Shown here one piece after another: positions 26,567 to 39,641 of a stretch of 49,384 nt of DNA (position 1 is its first letter; every line of letters starts with the position of its first letter). Under the pieces are notes generated by a model, which saw nothing but the letters and a program-made list of their open reading frames with translations, was not told where the DNA came from and did not search any database. Where the stretch lies: contig JAJDZH010000082.1 in assembly GCA_022824725.1 (NCBI GenBank), forward strand, positions 1 through 49,384, in the 5' to 3' direction. Both the position numbers and the translations under genes were made by a program. This DNA comes from Thermoanaerobaculia bacterium (GTDB lineage: Bacteria; Acidobacteriota; Thermoanaerobaculia; Multivoradales; Multivoraceae).

Positions 26567-27454
26567 ATGCCGCAAAGGACTCACACGATCGTTTTCGTCC
26601 CTCACTCGATGAGGCGAACACGGCAGTTCCGGATCAGCAGCCGCTGGTTGACCGCCATCGTGGCGGCGGCCGCACTCGTCCTCGGCGTTACGGGCTGGGT
26701 TACCGTCTATCAGGTCCGATCGGCGGTCCAGCTCCGCGACCTGGAGCGGATACAGCGCGAGAACGTGGATCTGCGCCGCTCCAACGCCTCCTTCGAAGCA
26801 AGCGTCTCCCGCCTGCAACAGGCGTTGACCGAGGCGGAGGACCGCACTCGCGACCTCGCGATCGTCGCCGGACTCGAACAGATCGTTGGCGGCGAGCCGG
26901 AGAGCCGGCTGTCGGAAGCCGGCGCCGGCGGCACCTTCACGAGCCTGAGCGCGCCGGACAGTTCCGATCTCTCCCTGCTGGAGGCACGGGCGTCGCTGCT
27001 CGGAGGTCGGCTCGACGCCGTCGACGGCGCCTTCCAGGAGCGCCAGCTCGTCCTCGATTCGACCCCGATGATCTGGCCGGTGCGCGGCGTGATCAACAGC
27101 GGATTCGGATTCCGGCGCGATCCGATCACCGGCCAGCGAGCCCACCACTCCGGTCTCGACATCTCCGCGGATCGCGGTTTTCCGGTACTCGCGACGGCGG
27201 ACGGGATCATCGTCCGCGCGGAGCGGATGGGCAACCTGGGCCGGGCCGTCTACGTGCTCCACCGCTTCGGCTACGAAACGCGGTACGGGCACCTGGCCGA
27301 GATCGTCGTCGAGGAGGGCCAGGAGGTCCAGCGCGGCGACGTCCTGGGCCGGGTCGGCAACTCCGGACGGGCGACGGGTTACCACCTGCACTACGAGGTG
27401 CGACTCGAAGGCGACCCCCGCAACCCGTTCGAGTATCTGCGGGACCAGGGCTGA
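26567..27454 (+). CDS. M23 family (LytM-type) metallopeptidase with N-terminal membrane anchor and coiled coil
   Basis: HHSGLDISA, ATADGIIV and GNSGRATGYHLHYEV. The ATG at 26567 is preferred over the TTG at 26540 because the candidate promoter overlaps the latter. Confidence 0.9.
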   Translation: MPQRTHTIVFVPHSMRRTRQFRISSRWLTAIVAAAALVLGVTGWVTVYQVRSAVQLRDLERIQRENVDLRRSNASFEASVSRLQQALTEAEDRTRDLAIVAGLEQIVGGEPESRLSEAGAGGTFTSLSAPDSSDLSLLEARASLLGGRLDAVDGAFQERQLVLDSTPMIWPVRGVINSGFGFRRDPITGQRAHHSGLDISADRGFPVLATADGIIVRAERMGNLGRAVYVLHRFGYETRYGHLAEIVVEEGQEVQRGDVLGRVGNSGRATGYHLHYEVRLEGDPRNPFEYLRDQG

Positions 27455-27551
27455 GGCCCCGCTGCGTCACGAAACGCCGCGCTAGGATTCCCAGCCTTCT
27501 TCCCGGCAAGCGGTCGGCGCCACCGTCGCGCGGACCGAAGGGAACGCTCCC

Positions 27552-30377
<2,826 letters not shown>

Positions 30378-30465
30378 AGGTCAACGCCGCGTACGCGCTG
30401 AGCTGACTACCGGGGACCGCTCGCCTGCCGGGTGCGTCGCAGCTTGCCAGTTGATAGCGTTCGGC

Positions 30466-31947
30466 ATGGAAACGTCGGATTCAGGGGGTGGCGCCCCCGC
30501 ACTCGCCCTCACCTTCGACGATGTCCTCCTGGCCCCGGGCCTGTCGGAGGTGCATCCGAACGATGTCCGCCTCGGCACCCGCGTCACGCGCGGGATCGAA
30601 CTGAACATCCCCCTGATCTCGGCCGCGATGGACACCGTGACCGAGGCCGAGCTGGCGATCGCCCTGGCCCAGGAAGGTGGCATCGGGGTGATCCACAAGA
30701 ACCTCTCCATCGAAGCCCAGGCCACCGAAGTCGACCGGGTCAAGCGCTCCGAGGCGGGGATGATCGTCAACCCGATCACGATCCGGCCCGAGCAGCGCAT
30801 CCACGAGGCGCTCGACCTGATGGCCCGCTTCAAGATCTCCGGCGTACCGGTCACCGACGGCGAGGGACACCTGGTGGGCATCCTGACCAACCGCGACCTC
30901 CGGTTCGAGACGAACACGAGCCGTCCCGTGTCCGAGCTGATGACGCACGAGAACCTGGTCACGGTTCCCCAGGGAACGACGCTGGAACAGGCCAAGGCGC
31001 AGCTTCACCAGCACCGGATCGAGAAGCTGCTGGTCGTGGACGACGACGGCAACCTGAAGGGCCTGATCACCGTCAAGGACATCCAGAAGATGATGGAGTA
31101 CCCGATCGCCTGCAAGGACGACCTCGGTCGCCTGCGAGTGGCGGCGGCGGTCGGCACGGCCGGCGACTACCTGGAACGGGCGCAGGCGCTGGCCTCGGCC
31201 CAGGCCGACGTGCTCGTCGTCGACTCCTCCCACGCGCACAGTCGCGGCGTGCTCGGTGCATTGGCCGGAATCCGCGAGGCACTGCCCGACGCCCAGCTCC
31301 TGGTCGGCAACGTGGCGACCGCCGAGGGCGCGCGGGCGCTCGTCGAACGCGGCGCGGACGGCATCAAGGTCGGCATCGGCCCGGGCAGCATCTGCACTAC
31401 CCGGGTCGTCACCGGCGCCGGCATGCCCCAGGTCACGGCCATCCGCGACGCCGCTTCCGAAGCCGGCGAAGTGCCCATCGTTGCCGATGGCGGCGTCCGC
31501 TTCTCCGGCGACCTGACCAAGGCCCTGGCCTGCGGCGCCCACAGCGTCATGGTCGGCTCGCTGCTCGCCGGCACCGAGGAGAGCCCCGGCGAGACGATCC
31601 TCTACCAGGGCCGCAGCTACAAGGCATACCGTGGAATGGGTTCCCTCTCCGCGATGGCCGAGGGCAGCGCCGACCGGTACTTCCAGTCCGATGACGAACC
31701 GCTCTCGAAGCTGGTGCCCGAGGGCATCGAGGGCATGGTCCCGCACAAGGGCAGCGTCCACCAGGTGATCGCCCAACTGACCGGCGGCCTGCGCTCCGGC
31801 ATGGGCCTCTCGGGCTGCGCCAGCATCTCCGAACTGCGCACCGCCGCCCGCATGGTCCGGGTCACGGCCGCGGGCCAGAAGGAGGGCCACGCGCACGACG
31901 TCGTCATCACGAAGGACGCGCCCAACTACTGGGTCGACCGGAGTTAG
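30466..31947 (+). CDS. guaB: IMP dehydrogenase
   Basis: In-frame ATG at 30466 of ORF 30286..31947. [15 protein letters not shown], a CBS pair, [11 protein letters not shown] (catalytic Cys loop) and [13 protein letters not shown]. Confidence 0.97.
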   Translation: METSDSGGGAPALALTFDDVLLAPGLSEVHPNDVRLGTRVTRGIELNIPLISAAMDTVTEAELAIALAQEGGIGVIHKNLSIEAQATEVDRVKRSEAGMIVNPITIRPEQRIHEALDLMARFKISGVPVTDGEGHLVGILTNRDLRFETNTSRPVSELMTHENLVTVPQGTTLEQAKAQLHQHRIEKLLVVDDDGNLKGLITVKDIQKMMEYPIACKDDLGRLRVAAAVGTAGDYLERAQALASAQADVLVVDSSHAHSRGVLGALAGIREALPDAQLLVGNVATAEGARALVERGADGIKVGIGPGSICTTRVVTGAGMPQVTAIRDAASEAGEVPIVADGGVRFSGDLTKALACGAHSVMVGSLLAGTEESPGETILYQGRSYKAYRGMGSLSAMAEGSADRYFQSDDEPLSKLVPEGIEGMVPHKGSVHQVIAQLTGGLRSGMGLSGCASISELRTAARMVRVTAAGQKEGHAHDVVITKDAPNYWVDRS

Positions 31948-31982
31948 GCCGCAACGTGGTCGCCGCTTCGCGGCGCGCCCCT

Positions 31983-33242
31983 TCAGAAGCCGGCGGGGAC
32001 GCCGGCGCACCCGGTCCGCCAGGCGCGTGGGTCCAACTCGTAGGGCAAGGGCGTGAGATTCGTCATCCCGTCCCCGGTGACGACGACGAGATCCTCGAGC
32101 CGCACTCCCCACCCGGCGTCCGGGTCGTAGAGCCCGGGCTCGATCGTGACCGCGTCGCCGGACCGGAGTTCCTCCGTGCCCGGCCCGGTCTTCCGAAAGC
32201 TCGGCAGCTCGTGCAGTTCGTAGCCGACGCCGTGGCCGAGAAGGTGGAAGTAGCCGGTCTGAGCGCCGGGGTTCCGGTCCGGCACCTCGAAGCCCTCGTT
32301 CTCGAACAGGCGGCACACGCGCTCGTGCAGGGTCCAGCCGCGGATGCCGGGCCGAACGGCTTCGAGACTGGCCTTGAGCGCCTCCAGCACGAGGCCGTGG
32401 GCTCGCAGCAGCGCCTCGGGCGGCTCGCCGACGCAGAAGGTCCTCGTGCAATCGGCGAACAGCCGAGCCCGCGGGAACAGATCGACGACCACGGATTCGC
32501 CGGCCCGCAGCACCCGGTCGGGCGTACCGGTGCTGTGACCGGTGGCGCCCTCCTCCGCCGGAGCGACGATGGAGCTCTCGGGCTGCTCCAGAGCGTGACC
32601 GGCGAACACTTGTGCCGCGAGCGCCTTGACCCTGGCCACGGTGACGCGTTCTTCGCGCAGCCAGAGTTCCCCGCGCCCCCGGACCGAACTCTCGGCCAGC
32701 ATCCGCGCCACCGACTCGAAGGCCTCCGCCGTGGCGCGGGCGGCGGCGGCGATGCCATCGATCTCGCTCCCGGTCTTCCTCCGCCGCAGCGCCAGCATCA
32801 GTGCCCGGCCCGAGACCGCTTGCCGGCCTCCCTCTTCCAGCGTCCGGGCCAGGGCCAGGGCGGATCCGGCCGGCGGCCGGCCGGCGAGGACGACCCTGCC
32901 TGCGCCGATCCCGGTGCGCTCGAAGGCGGCGTTCACCGCCGCCGCGAGGATCTCCTCGCGGCTCTTGCCGTCCTTGCGGAGCGACTCCATGTCAAAGTCG
33001 GCCGGGTGCAGCAGTCCGACACCATCCGCCTCCGCCCGGGCCGCCTCGTCCCGCTCCATCGACGTGAAGTACGCGAGACAGGCGCCGCCGCCGTGCGCCA
33101 CCACGCAGGCCTCTCCCAGCCGGGCGCCTCCGACAAAGAGAGCCAGGTCCGGGTCCCGGCTCGAGCCGGCCAGAACGACCAGTGCCTCGGCGTTCTCCTC
33201 GGCAAGAAGCGCCCCCAGGAGCTCGCTGCGCGGCCAGGTCAT
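31983..33242 (-). CDS. M24 family metallopeptidase (Xaa-Pro aminopeptidase/creatinase-like)
   Basis: VVVDLFPR..., GHGVGYELHELP, TIEPGLY and GVRLEDLVVVT. Confidence 0.9.
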   Translation of the reverse strand: MTWPRSELLGALLAEENAEALVVLAGSSRDPDLALFVGGARLGEACVVAHGGGACLAYFTSMERDEAARAEADGVGLLHPADFDMESLRKDGKSREEILAAAVNAAFERTGIGAGRVVLAGRPPAGSALALARTLEEGGRQAVSGRALMLALRRRKTGSEIDGIAAAARATAEAFESVARMLAESSVRGRGELWLREERVTVARVKALAAQVFAGHALEQPESSIVAPAEEGATGHSTGTPDRVLRAGESVVVDLFPRARLFADCTRTFCVGEPPEALLRAHGLVLEALKASLEAVRPGIRGWTLHERVCRLFENEGFEVPDRNPGAQTGYFHLLGHGVGYELHELPSFRKTGPGTEELRSGDAVTIEPGLYDPDAGWGVRLEDLVVVTGDGMTNLTPLPYELDPRAWRTGCAGVPAGF

Positions 33243-33264
33243 CCCACCGCCGCCAGGTGCCGGA

Positions 33265-33594
33265 TCAGACGTGATCGTTCAGGAAAGCCTCGAACCGCAT
33301 CTTCGGCGCGGCGCCGGTCATGCGGCCCAGGATCTCGCCGTCCTTGAACAGGATGAAGTGCGGGATGCCCTGCACGCCGTAGCGCACCGCCACGTCCTGG
33401 GCGTGGTCGACGTCCAGCTTGGCGATGCGGAGGCGCCCGTCGTACTCCCCGGCCAGTTCGTCCAGGATCGGCGCCACCATCCGGCACGGGCCGCACCAGG
33501 TCGCCCAGAAGTCGACCAGCACCGGGGTCTCCGACCCCAGTACCTGGTCCTCGAAGCTCTGGCTGTCCACGTTGAAGATCTGTTCACTTGCCAT
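33265..33594 (-). CDS. trxA: thioredoxin
   Basis: VLVDFWATWCGPCRMVAPILDEL. Internal ATG at 33594 with GAGGA 9 nt upstream. Confidence 0.95.
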   Translation of the reverse strand: MASEQIFNVDSQSFEDQVLGSETPVLVDFWATWCGPCRMVAPILDELAGEYDGRLRIAKLDVDHAQDVAVRYGVQGIPHFILFKDGEILGRMTGAAPKMRFEAFLNDHV

Positions 33595-33626
33595 CGGTTG
33601 GGTTCCTCGTATCAGTTCAACTCTCG

Positions 33627-34568
33627 TCAACTCTCCGTACGTCGAAAGTACTCCCTTGCCGCGTCCGCATCCCGTCCGATCTGGGCGGACAGGTCCATCA
33701 TCGACGAAAAGAGCTTCTCCTCCCGAAGGTGGCGGCAGAACGAAAGGTGCACACGCTCGCCGTACACGTCGCTCGAGAAATCGAGTATGTGGCTCTCGAT
33801 CACCCGCCCGTAGTTCTCGTACACGGTCGGCCGCGTGCCGACGTTCGTGACCGACCGGAAGGTCGACTCGAAGCTGGGAAAGTAGACCTTGGTCACATAG
33901 ACGCCGTTGTTGGGGTAGAGCTCGTTCTCGGGCGCCAGGTTGATCGTCGGCCAGCCGAGCCGCTGACCCATGCGGTCACCCTGGGCGATCGTGCCCATCA
34001 TCGCGTACGGGCGGCCAAGCAGGATGTTCGCCTCCTCGATCCGGCCGTCCAGAACGAGATTCCGAATTCGGCTGCTGGAAACCCGCTCACCGTCGTTTCG
34101 AACCTCGTCGATCTCCACCGCCGCGAAGCCCAGGGACGCTCCCATCTCCTTGAGCAGCGCGATATCGCCTTCCCGCCTCCGTCCGAACGTGAAGTGGGAG
34201 CCGACGTAGAGCTCGGCGACCGCCAGCCTTCCGTGCAGGAAATCCCGGACGAACGTCCGGGCCCGGGTGTTCGAGAACTCGTGAGTGAAGCCGATCGTCA
34301 GCACGTAGTCCAGGCCGGCTTCCCGCAGCAGCTCCTCCTTCTGTGCCTGCGTCACGAGCCGGGACGGCGCGTCGTCCGGACGAACGACGCTCAGCGGATG
34401 GGGATCGAACGTGATGACCGCGGAAGGCGCCCCGAGTTGGCGCGCGCGGCCCGTGACCATGTCGAGCACGCTCTGCTGCCCGATGTGGATGCCGTCGTAG
34501 TTGCCGATCGTCGCAATGACGCCGCGCGGCAGTTCGGTCGAAGCGATGGCGTCGCGGATCGCCTGCAT
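33627..34568 (-). CDS. ribF: bifunctional riboflavin kinase / FAD synthetase
   Basis: TIGNYDGIHIGQQSVL, the C-terminal riboflavin kinase block GWPTINL, and GRVIESHILDF. The start overlaps the rimO stop by 1 nt (TGATG). Confidence 0.95.
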   Translation of the reverse strand: MQAIRDAIASTELPRGVIATIGNYDGIHIGQQSVLDMVTGRARQLGAPSAVITFDPHPLSVVRPDDAPSRLVTQAQKEELLREAGLDYVLTIGFTHEFSNTRARTFVRDFLHGRLAVAELYVGSHFTFGRRREGDIALLKEMGASLGFAAVEIDEVRNDGERVSSSRIRNLVLDGRIEEANILLGRPYAMMGTIAQGDRMGQRLGWPTINLAPENELYPNNGVYVTKVYFPSFESTFRSVTNVGTRPTVYENYGRVIESHILDFSSDVYGERVHLSFCRHLREEKLFSSMMDLSAQIGRDADAAREYFRRTES

Positions 34569-36022
34569 CAGGAACCTGCCTCCAGGGCCGGCGACCCGGC
34601 CGTTGAAGCGGCGACGTCAGAGCCCACGATACGGCCGACGGAGTCGTCGGCGAAGGCGTCGGTGATCTCCACGTCGACGATCCGGCCGGCCAGGAGGCCG
34701 AGAGGCAGCGGACGCTCTCCGGCCGCGTCGTTGATCAGGACGCGACCGTCGACCTCCGGCGCCAACCCCTGGTGCCGCGCCTGGAGCAGGTGCTCGGTCT
34801 CTTCGCACGGCCCCTCGATCAGCATCGGCAGCGTCCTGCCGACCAGACGTCCGCGACGTTCCAGCGCGATCTGCCGCTGCAACTCGAGCAGGCGCTCCCT
34901 GCGTTCCTCCGCGATCCGGCGCGGCACCTGCCCCGGCAGGGACGCCGACGGCGTGTCGCTTTCGGGACTGTAGACGAACGCGCCCAGATGGTCGAAGCGA
35001 ACCTCGGAGACGAACTCGAGCAGCCGCTCGAAAGCGGCTTCATCCTCGCCGGGAAAGCCGACGATGAAGGTCGTCCGCAGGCTCATCTCCGGGTCGAGTT
35101 CGCGCGCTCGCGCGAAGATCCGCCGGTAGCGGCCGGCCGATCCGCCCCGGCGCATTGCCCGCAGCACCTCCCGGTCGCTGTGCTGGAGCGGCATGTCGAG
35201 GTACGACGCCAGCCGCGGCTCGCTCGCCATGAGCGCCAGCAGGGACTCGTCCAGAGTGGTCGGATAGGCGTAGAGGAACCGGATCCAGTCCGCGTCCGTC
35301 TCCGCCAGCAGAGCCTCCACCAGGCGCAGAAGACCATGACGGCCGTAGCCCAGGTCCTCGCCGTAGCGCGTCGTGTCCTGGGCTACCAGGACCAGCTCGC
35401 GAGCGCCCCTCTCGACCAGGTCCCGCGCCTCGAGGACCAGACTCTCCACCGGTCGGCTGCGCAGGCGGCCTCGCCAGACGGGAATCGCGCAGAAGGTGCA
35501 CGGGTTGTTGCAGCCCTCGGCGACCTTCAGGTACGCATAGCCGCCGGTGGTCAACAGCCGGGAGTCGCGGTGGTCGAACACCAGGTGGGATGCCGCGGGT
35601 TCGGCCGCCGGGCTGCCGCCGAGCTGCACCAGCGCGCCGACCTGCCGCAGGGAATCGAGGTCGACGAAGCCGTCGATCTCCGGAATCTCGGCGGCAAGTT
35701 CCCGGCCATAACGGTTGGCCATGCAGCCCGCGACCAGCACCTGCCGTACCGGTTCGCCGGCATCCGCCTTGCGGGCGGCGGCGTCCAGGATGGCGTCGAT
35801 CGACTCTTCCCGAGCCTCCTCGATGAAGCCGCAGGTGTTCACGATGACCGTGTCGGCCCGGTCCAGATCCGCGACCAGTTCGAAACCCTGGCCGTCGAGG
35901 ACGCCGAGCATGACCTCGCTGTCGACGTGGTTCTTCGCGCAGCCGAGACTCACCAGACCGACACGGTGTTCGGCCGCGTCGGCCGGCGGGCCGGCCGCCA
36001 CCCTCCTCGCGGGGGTCGACAC
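34568..36022 (-). CDS. rimO: ribosomal protein S12 methylthiotransferase (radical SAM MTTase)
   Basis: VGLVSLGCAKNHVDSEVM, the radical-SAM cluster motif AEGCNNPCTFCAIP, and a C-terminal TRAM-like domain. Confidence 0.9.
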   Translation of the reverse strand: MSTPARRVAAGPPADAAEHRVGLVSLGCAKNHVDSEVMLGVLDGQGFELVADLDRADTVIVNTCGFIEEAREESIDAILDAAARKADAGEPVRQVLVAGCMANRYGRELAAEIPEIDGFVDLDSLRQVGALVQLGGSPAAEPAASHLVFDHRDSRLLTTGGYAYLKVAEGCNNPCTFCAIPVWRGRLRSRPVESLVLEARDLVERGARELVLVAQDTTRYGEDLGYGRHGLLRLVEALLAETDADWIRFLYAYPTTLDESLLALMASEPRLASYLDMPLQHSDREVLRAMRRGGSAGRYRRIFARARELDPEMSLRTTFIVGFPGEDEAAFERLLEFVSEVRFDHLGAFVYSPESDTPSASLPGQVPRRIAEERRERLLELQRQIALERRGRLVGRTLPMLIEGPCEETEHLLQARHQGLAPEVDGRVLINDAAGERPLPLGLLAGRIVDVEITDAFADDSVGRIVGSDVAASTAGSPALEAGS

Positions 36023-36028
36023 GGTTCC

Positions 36029-37900
36029 CTAGGAAGCGGCAGCCGCTGCCTGGCGCGGTGCCCGGCCCGAAGGATCGAGGTCGTCCAGGAGCTTCTCGCG
36101 GCCGATGTGCCGGCCTCCCATCACATCCTGTGCGGTGCGGTACTTCAGGTCGTCCTCGTTGTGCCAGAGCTCGCGGAAGAGCTCCTTCACCCGCCGCCGC
36201 GACATGCGGCAGAAGAGATCGCAGAGCGCCGCGGAGTGAGCGGCGTCCGCCGCGCCGGCCTGTTCCTCGGAGTGGGCGCGGGAGACCGAGGCGGCCATTG
36301 CGAACAGTTCGTTGACGACGTCGACGAGCCGGAACAGGAACATCTGCCGACGCTCCATCTTCTCCCGGTAGACGAGCATCCCGTGGAAGCTCTCGCGCGC
36401 CAGCTTGCGCGCCGCCCGGTCGATGAAGCGGAGGTGCTTTCCGTACTTTCCGTAGCCGGCGTAGCGGGGCCAGCGGCTCCAGGCCAGCCAGCGGGTCGGA
36501 TACCACCAGGCGTAGAACAGGCCGATCTTCGGCAAGGCCAGGAGCTTGGCGCCCGTGCCGGCTCGCCGGTCGATCAGAGTGCCCGCCACCTGCAGGTGCT
36601 TGTCCACCGCTTCGCGAGCCATGATCAGGTGCATGATCTCGCTCGAACCCTCGAAGATGCGGTTGATCCGGAAGTCCCGCATCATCCGCTCGATGCCGAC
36701 CGGGTCCTCGCCGCGGTCGCGCAGGGACGATTCCGTCTCGTAGCCGCGACCGCCCCGGACCTGCATCGTCTCGTCGATGATCTGCCAGCCGCGCCAGGTG
36801 TTCCACTCCTTGCAGGCAGCACTCTCCAGGCGCAGGTCGAGCCGCTTGTCGTTCGACATGTGGCTGGCCAGCTTGACGATCGCCTCCATCGCGAAGCCGT
36901 AGGCCGCGATATCCGAGATCTTCTGCGCGATCGCCTCGTGCCTGCCGATCGGCACGCCCCACTGGATCCGGCTGCTGCCGAATTCCCGTACCGCCTTGAG
37001 GCAGTACTTGGCCGCTCCCACCGAGCTGTTCGGAATCGACAGGCGGCCGTCGTTCAGCGTCGTCAGAGCGATCTTGAGACCCCTGCCCTCCTTGCCGATC
37101 AGGTTCTCCTTCGGCACCTTCACGTTGTCGAAGGTGATGATGCCGTTGGCCAGGGCGTTGAGTCCCATGAAGTGGCAGCGGCGCTCGACCTCGACGCCCT
37201 CCCATTCCGTCTCGACCACGAACGAACTGATCTTCTCGGTCTCAGGGTCCATCGCCATGACGACCAGCAGCTTCGCCTTCGTGCCGTTCGTGCACCAGAG
37301 CTTGGTGCCGTTGAGCACGTAGAAGTCGCCGTCGAGGACGGAGGACGTCGACAGCCGGGCCGGGTCGGAACCGACCTCCGGCTCGGTCAGGGCGAAGGCG
37401 GAGATCTCGCCCGAGGCGCAGCGCGGCAGGTACTTCCGCTTCAGCTCCTCGCTGCCGAAGAGATTCACCGGCTGCGGCACGCCGATCGACTGGTGGGCCG
37501 AGAGCAGGGCGGTCAGGTTGCCGTCGAACGAACCGATCAGCTCCATCACCTGGGCGTACTCGACCTGGTCGAAGCCGAGACCACCGTACTCCGTCGGGAT
37601 CTTCATGCCGAAGGCGCCGAGCCGCGCGAGACCGTCGATCACGTGGTCGGGGTAGTCCTCAGACACGTCGATCTCGACCGGGTCGACCTCGTCACGCAGG
37701 AAGTCCGTGAGCGCCGAGTAGAACGACTCGAACTCCGGCCGCCACTCGTCGCGGGAGGGATACGGGCTGATCAGGTCGAAGCGGAAGTTGCCCAGGAAGA
37801 GTTCCTTCATGAAGGAGGGGTTCTTCCACTCCTTCTGGCGGGATTCCTCCGCGACCGCGCGCGCCTTCTCTTCGCTGACCTGAACCTGTTGCTGGCTCAT
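36029..37900 (-). CDS. acyl-CoA dehydrogenase, very-long-chain (VLCAD/ACAD9)-like with C-terminal extension
   Basis: ATG at 37900 (AGGAG 8 nt upstream). N-terminus KNPSFMKELFLGNFRFDLISPYP and the C-terminal block FLFRLVDVVNELFAMAASVSRA parallel mammalian VLCAD as I recall it. Core motifs ALTEPEVGSDPA and IFEGSSEIM. Confidence 0.9.
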   Translation of the reverse strand: MSQQQVQVSEEKARAVAEESRQKEWKNPSFMKELFLGNFRFDLISPYPSRDEWRPEFESFYSALTDFLRDEVDPVEIDVSEDYPDHVIDGLARLGAFGMKIPTEYGGLGFDQVEYAQVMELIGSFDGNLTALLSAHQSIGVPQPVNLFGSEELKRKYLPRCASGEISAFALTEPEVGSDPARLSTSSVLDGDFYVLNGTKLWCTNGTKAKLLVVMAMDPETEKISSFVVETEWEGVEVERRCHFMGLNALANGIITFDNVKVPKENLIGKEGRGLKIALTTLNDGRLSIPNSSVGAAKYCLKAVREFGSSRIQWGVPIGRHEAIAQKISDIAAYGFAMEAIVKLASHMSNDKRLDLRLESAACKEWNTWRGWQIIDETMQVRGGRGYETESSLRDRGEDPVGIERMMRDFRINRIFEGSSEIMHLIMAREAVDKHLQVAGTLIDRRAGTGAKLLALPKIGLFYAWWYPTRWLAWSRWPRYAGYGKYGKHLRFIDRAARKLARESFHGMLVYREKMERRQMFLFRLVDVVNELFAMAASVSRAHSEEQAGAADAAHSAALCDLFCRMSRRRVKELFRELWHNEDDLKYRTAQDVMGGRHIGREKLLDDLDPSGRAPRQAAAAAS

Positions 37901-37998
37901 CGACTCGGCTCCTGTTGGGTGCTGGCTGGCAAGGTTCGCCCCGACTTCCCGGGCGGGCGCGCATTCTATCCGTCCACGTCGCGTCCGGCCACGTTGAA

Positions 37999-39549
37999 TC
38001 AGGGGCGCCCGGCGCCCCAACCGCCGCCGCCCGGCGTCTCCAGCACCAGGAGATCCCCGGGCATCACGTCGGCCTGGTCGACCGAGGCGAGTTCCTGGAC
38101 GCCGCCGGCGGTACGCAGGATACGGGCGCGGCCCGTTGAACCGCTCGCCCCGCCGTCGACGCCGTAGGGAAGCTCCACTCGGTGCTGGCCGAGCACGGAT
38201 ACCTTCTGGGGGGTGAGGAACCGCAACTCGCGGCGCAGGCCGTCGCCGCCCTGAAACCGGCCCGCTCCACCGGAGCCGGGACGCAGGCCGAACCTCTCGA
38301 GGCGGACCGGATACCGGTGCTCCAGCACTTCGGGGTCGGTGATGCGCGTGTTCGTCATGTGGGTATGGACGCCGCTCGCCCCCCGGAACCCCGGTCCGGC
38401 CCCGGCCCCGCCGCCGACCGTTTCGTAGTAGCCGAAGGTGTCGTCGCCGAACAGGGTGTTGTTCATCGTGCCCTGCCCGCAGGCGCAGAGTCCGAACGCC
38501 TTGATCAGCGTGTCGACGACCCGCTGGCTCGTCTCAACGTTGCCGCCGACGACAGCCGGGCAGCGCCCGGGGTCAGCCGGGAACTCCGGGTTCAGCATGC
38601 CGCGCGGGATCTCGATCTCGACCGGTTCGAGCAGCCCCTCGTTGAGCTGGAGCGGCACCCCGATCAGCAACCGCAGCACGTAGATCGTGGCGCTCCGCAC
38701 GATCGCCGGCGTCGCGTTCAGGTTGCCGGCGTGGACTGGTGCGCTGCCCGTGAAGTCGATCCGCGCCGAACCGCGATCCACCGTTACCGCGACTTCGATC
38801 GGCGAACCGTCGTCCAGCCGTTCCCGGGCGTGAAACGACTGGCGGCCCGTGCTCCGCACGTGGTCCTCCAGCGCCGACCGCATCCGGTCGGCGGCGCGCG
38901 AGAAGAGCGCCGACATGTAGCGCCGCACCTCCTCCTCGCCCGCGTCCGCGGCGAGCTGGCGAAGGGCCGCCACGCCACGCCGGTTGGCGGCCACTGCCGC
39001 GCCCAGGTCGGCCAGGTTCTCCGCCACCGAGCGGGAGGGGGCCGGGCCGCCGGCCAGCAGGGCCTCGATCCGCTCCCACTGCGGCTCCCCTGCCCGCACC
39101 AGGTACTGAGGCGCGATGACCACTCCCTCTTCCGCCAGGCTGCGGGCCTCGGGCGGCATCGAGCCCGGCCGGATGCCGCCCAGCTCGGCGTGGTGGGCCC
39201 GGTTGGCGACGTAGCCCAGCAGCCTGCCGTCCACGAAGACGGGAGAAATGACCGTGATGTCGGGCAGGTGGGAGCCACCGTAGCCCGGGTGGTTCGTCAC
39301 CGCGACATCGCCGGCGCCGAGTTCGAGTTCCGCCGCGACCCGTCGCACGCATTCGCCGAGCGCGCCGAGGTGGACCGGAATGTGGGGCGCGTTGACCAGC
39401 AACCGCCCTTCCGCGTCGAGCATCCCGCACGAGAAGTCGAGACGCTCCTTGACGTTCACCGACATCGCCGTCCGCTGCAGCATCACGCCCATCTCGGACG
39501 CGATGGCGGCGAACCGGTTCGAGAACAGCTCCAGTCGAACGGGATCCAC
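37999..39549 (-). CDS. hydantoinase B / 5-oxoprolinase family protein (HyuB)
   Basis: [57 protein letters not shown] and [11 protein letters not shown]. Confidence 0.9.
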   Translation of the reverse strand: MDPVRLELFSNRFAAIASEMGVMLQRTAMSVNVKERLDFSCGMLDAEGRLLVNAPHIPVHLGALGECVRRVAAELELGAGDVAVTNHPGYGGSHLPDITVISPVFVDGRLLGYVANRAHHAELGGIRPGSMPPEARSLAEEGVVIAPQYLVRAGEPQWERIEALLAGGPAPSRSVAENLADLGAAVAANRRGVAALRQLAADAGEEEVRRYMSALFSRAADRMRSALEDHVRSTGRQSFHARERLDDGSPIEVAVTVDRGSARIDFTGSAPVHAGNLNATPAIVRSATIYVLRLLIGVPLQLNEGLLEPVEIEIPRGMLNPEFPADPGRCPAVVGGNVETSQRVVDTLIKAFGLCACGQGTMNNTLFGDDTFGYYETVGGGAGAGPGFRGASGVHTHMTNTRITDPEVLEHRYPVRLERFGLRPGSGGAGRFQGGDGLRRELRFLTPQKVSVLGQHRVELPYGVDGGASGSTGRARILRTAGGVQELASVDQADVMPGDLLVLETPGGGGWGAGRP

Positions 39550-39641
39550 CGGCGGAGTCTACGCGGGCCGACATCGAGTCGCTAAGGTACCGCTCCGACA
39601 CCCGCCAATACACCAGAACTGCCGGACCCTGGAGCGCGACG

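Noticed and set aside
34772-38167. 1,131-aa plus-strand ORF, together with the 721-aa minus-strand ORF at 35040..37205, covering rimO and the ACAD gene
   Set aside because: The translations are Arg/Pro/Gly/Ala-rich low complexity with no recognisable motifs. They lie opposite to, or out of frame with, clearly conserved RimO and acyl-CoA dehydrogenase sequences. These are typical high-GC shadow ORFs.
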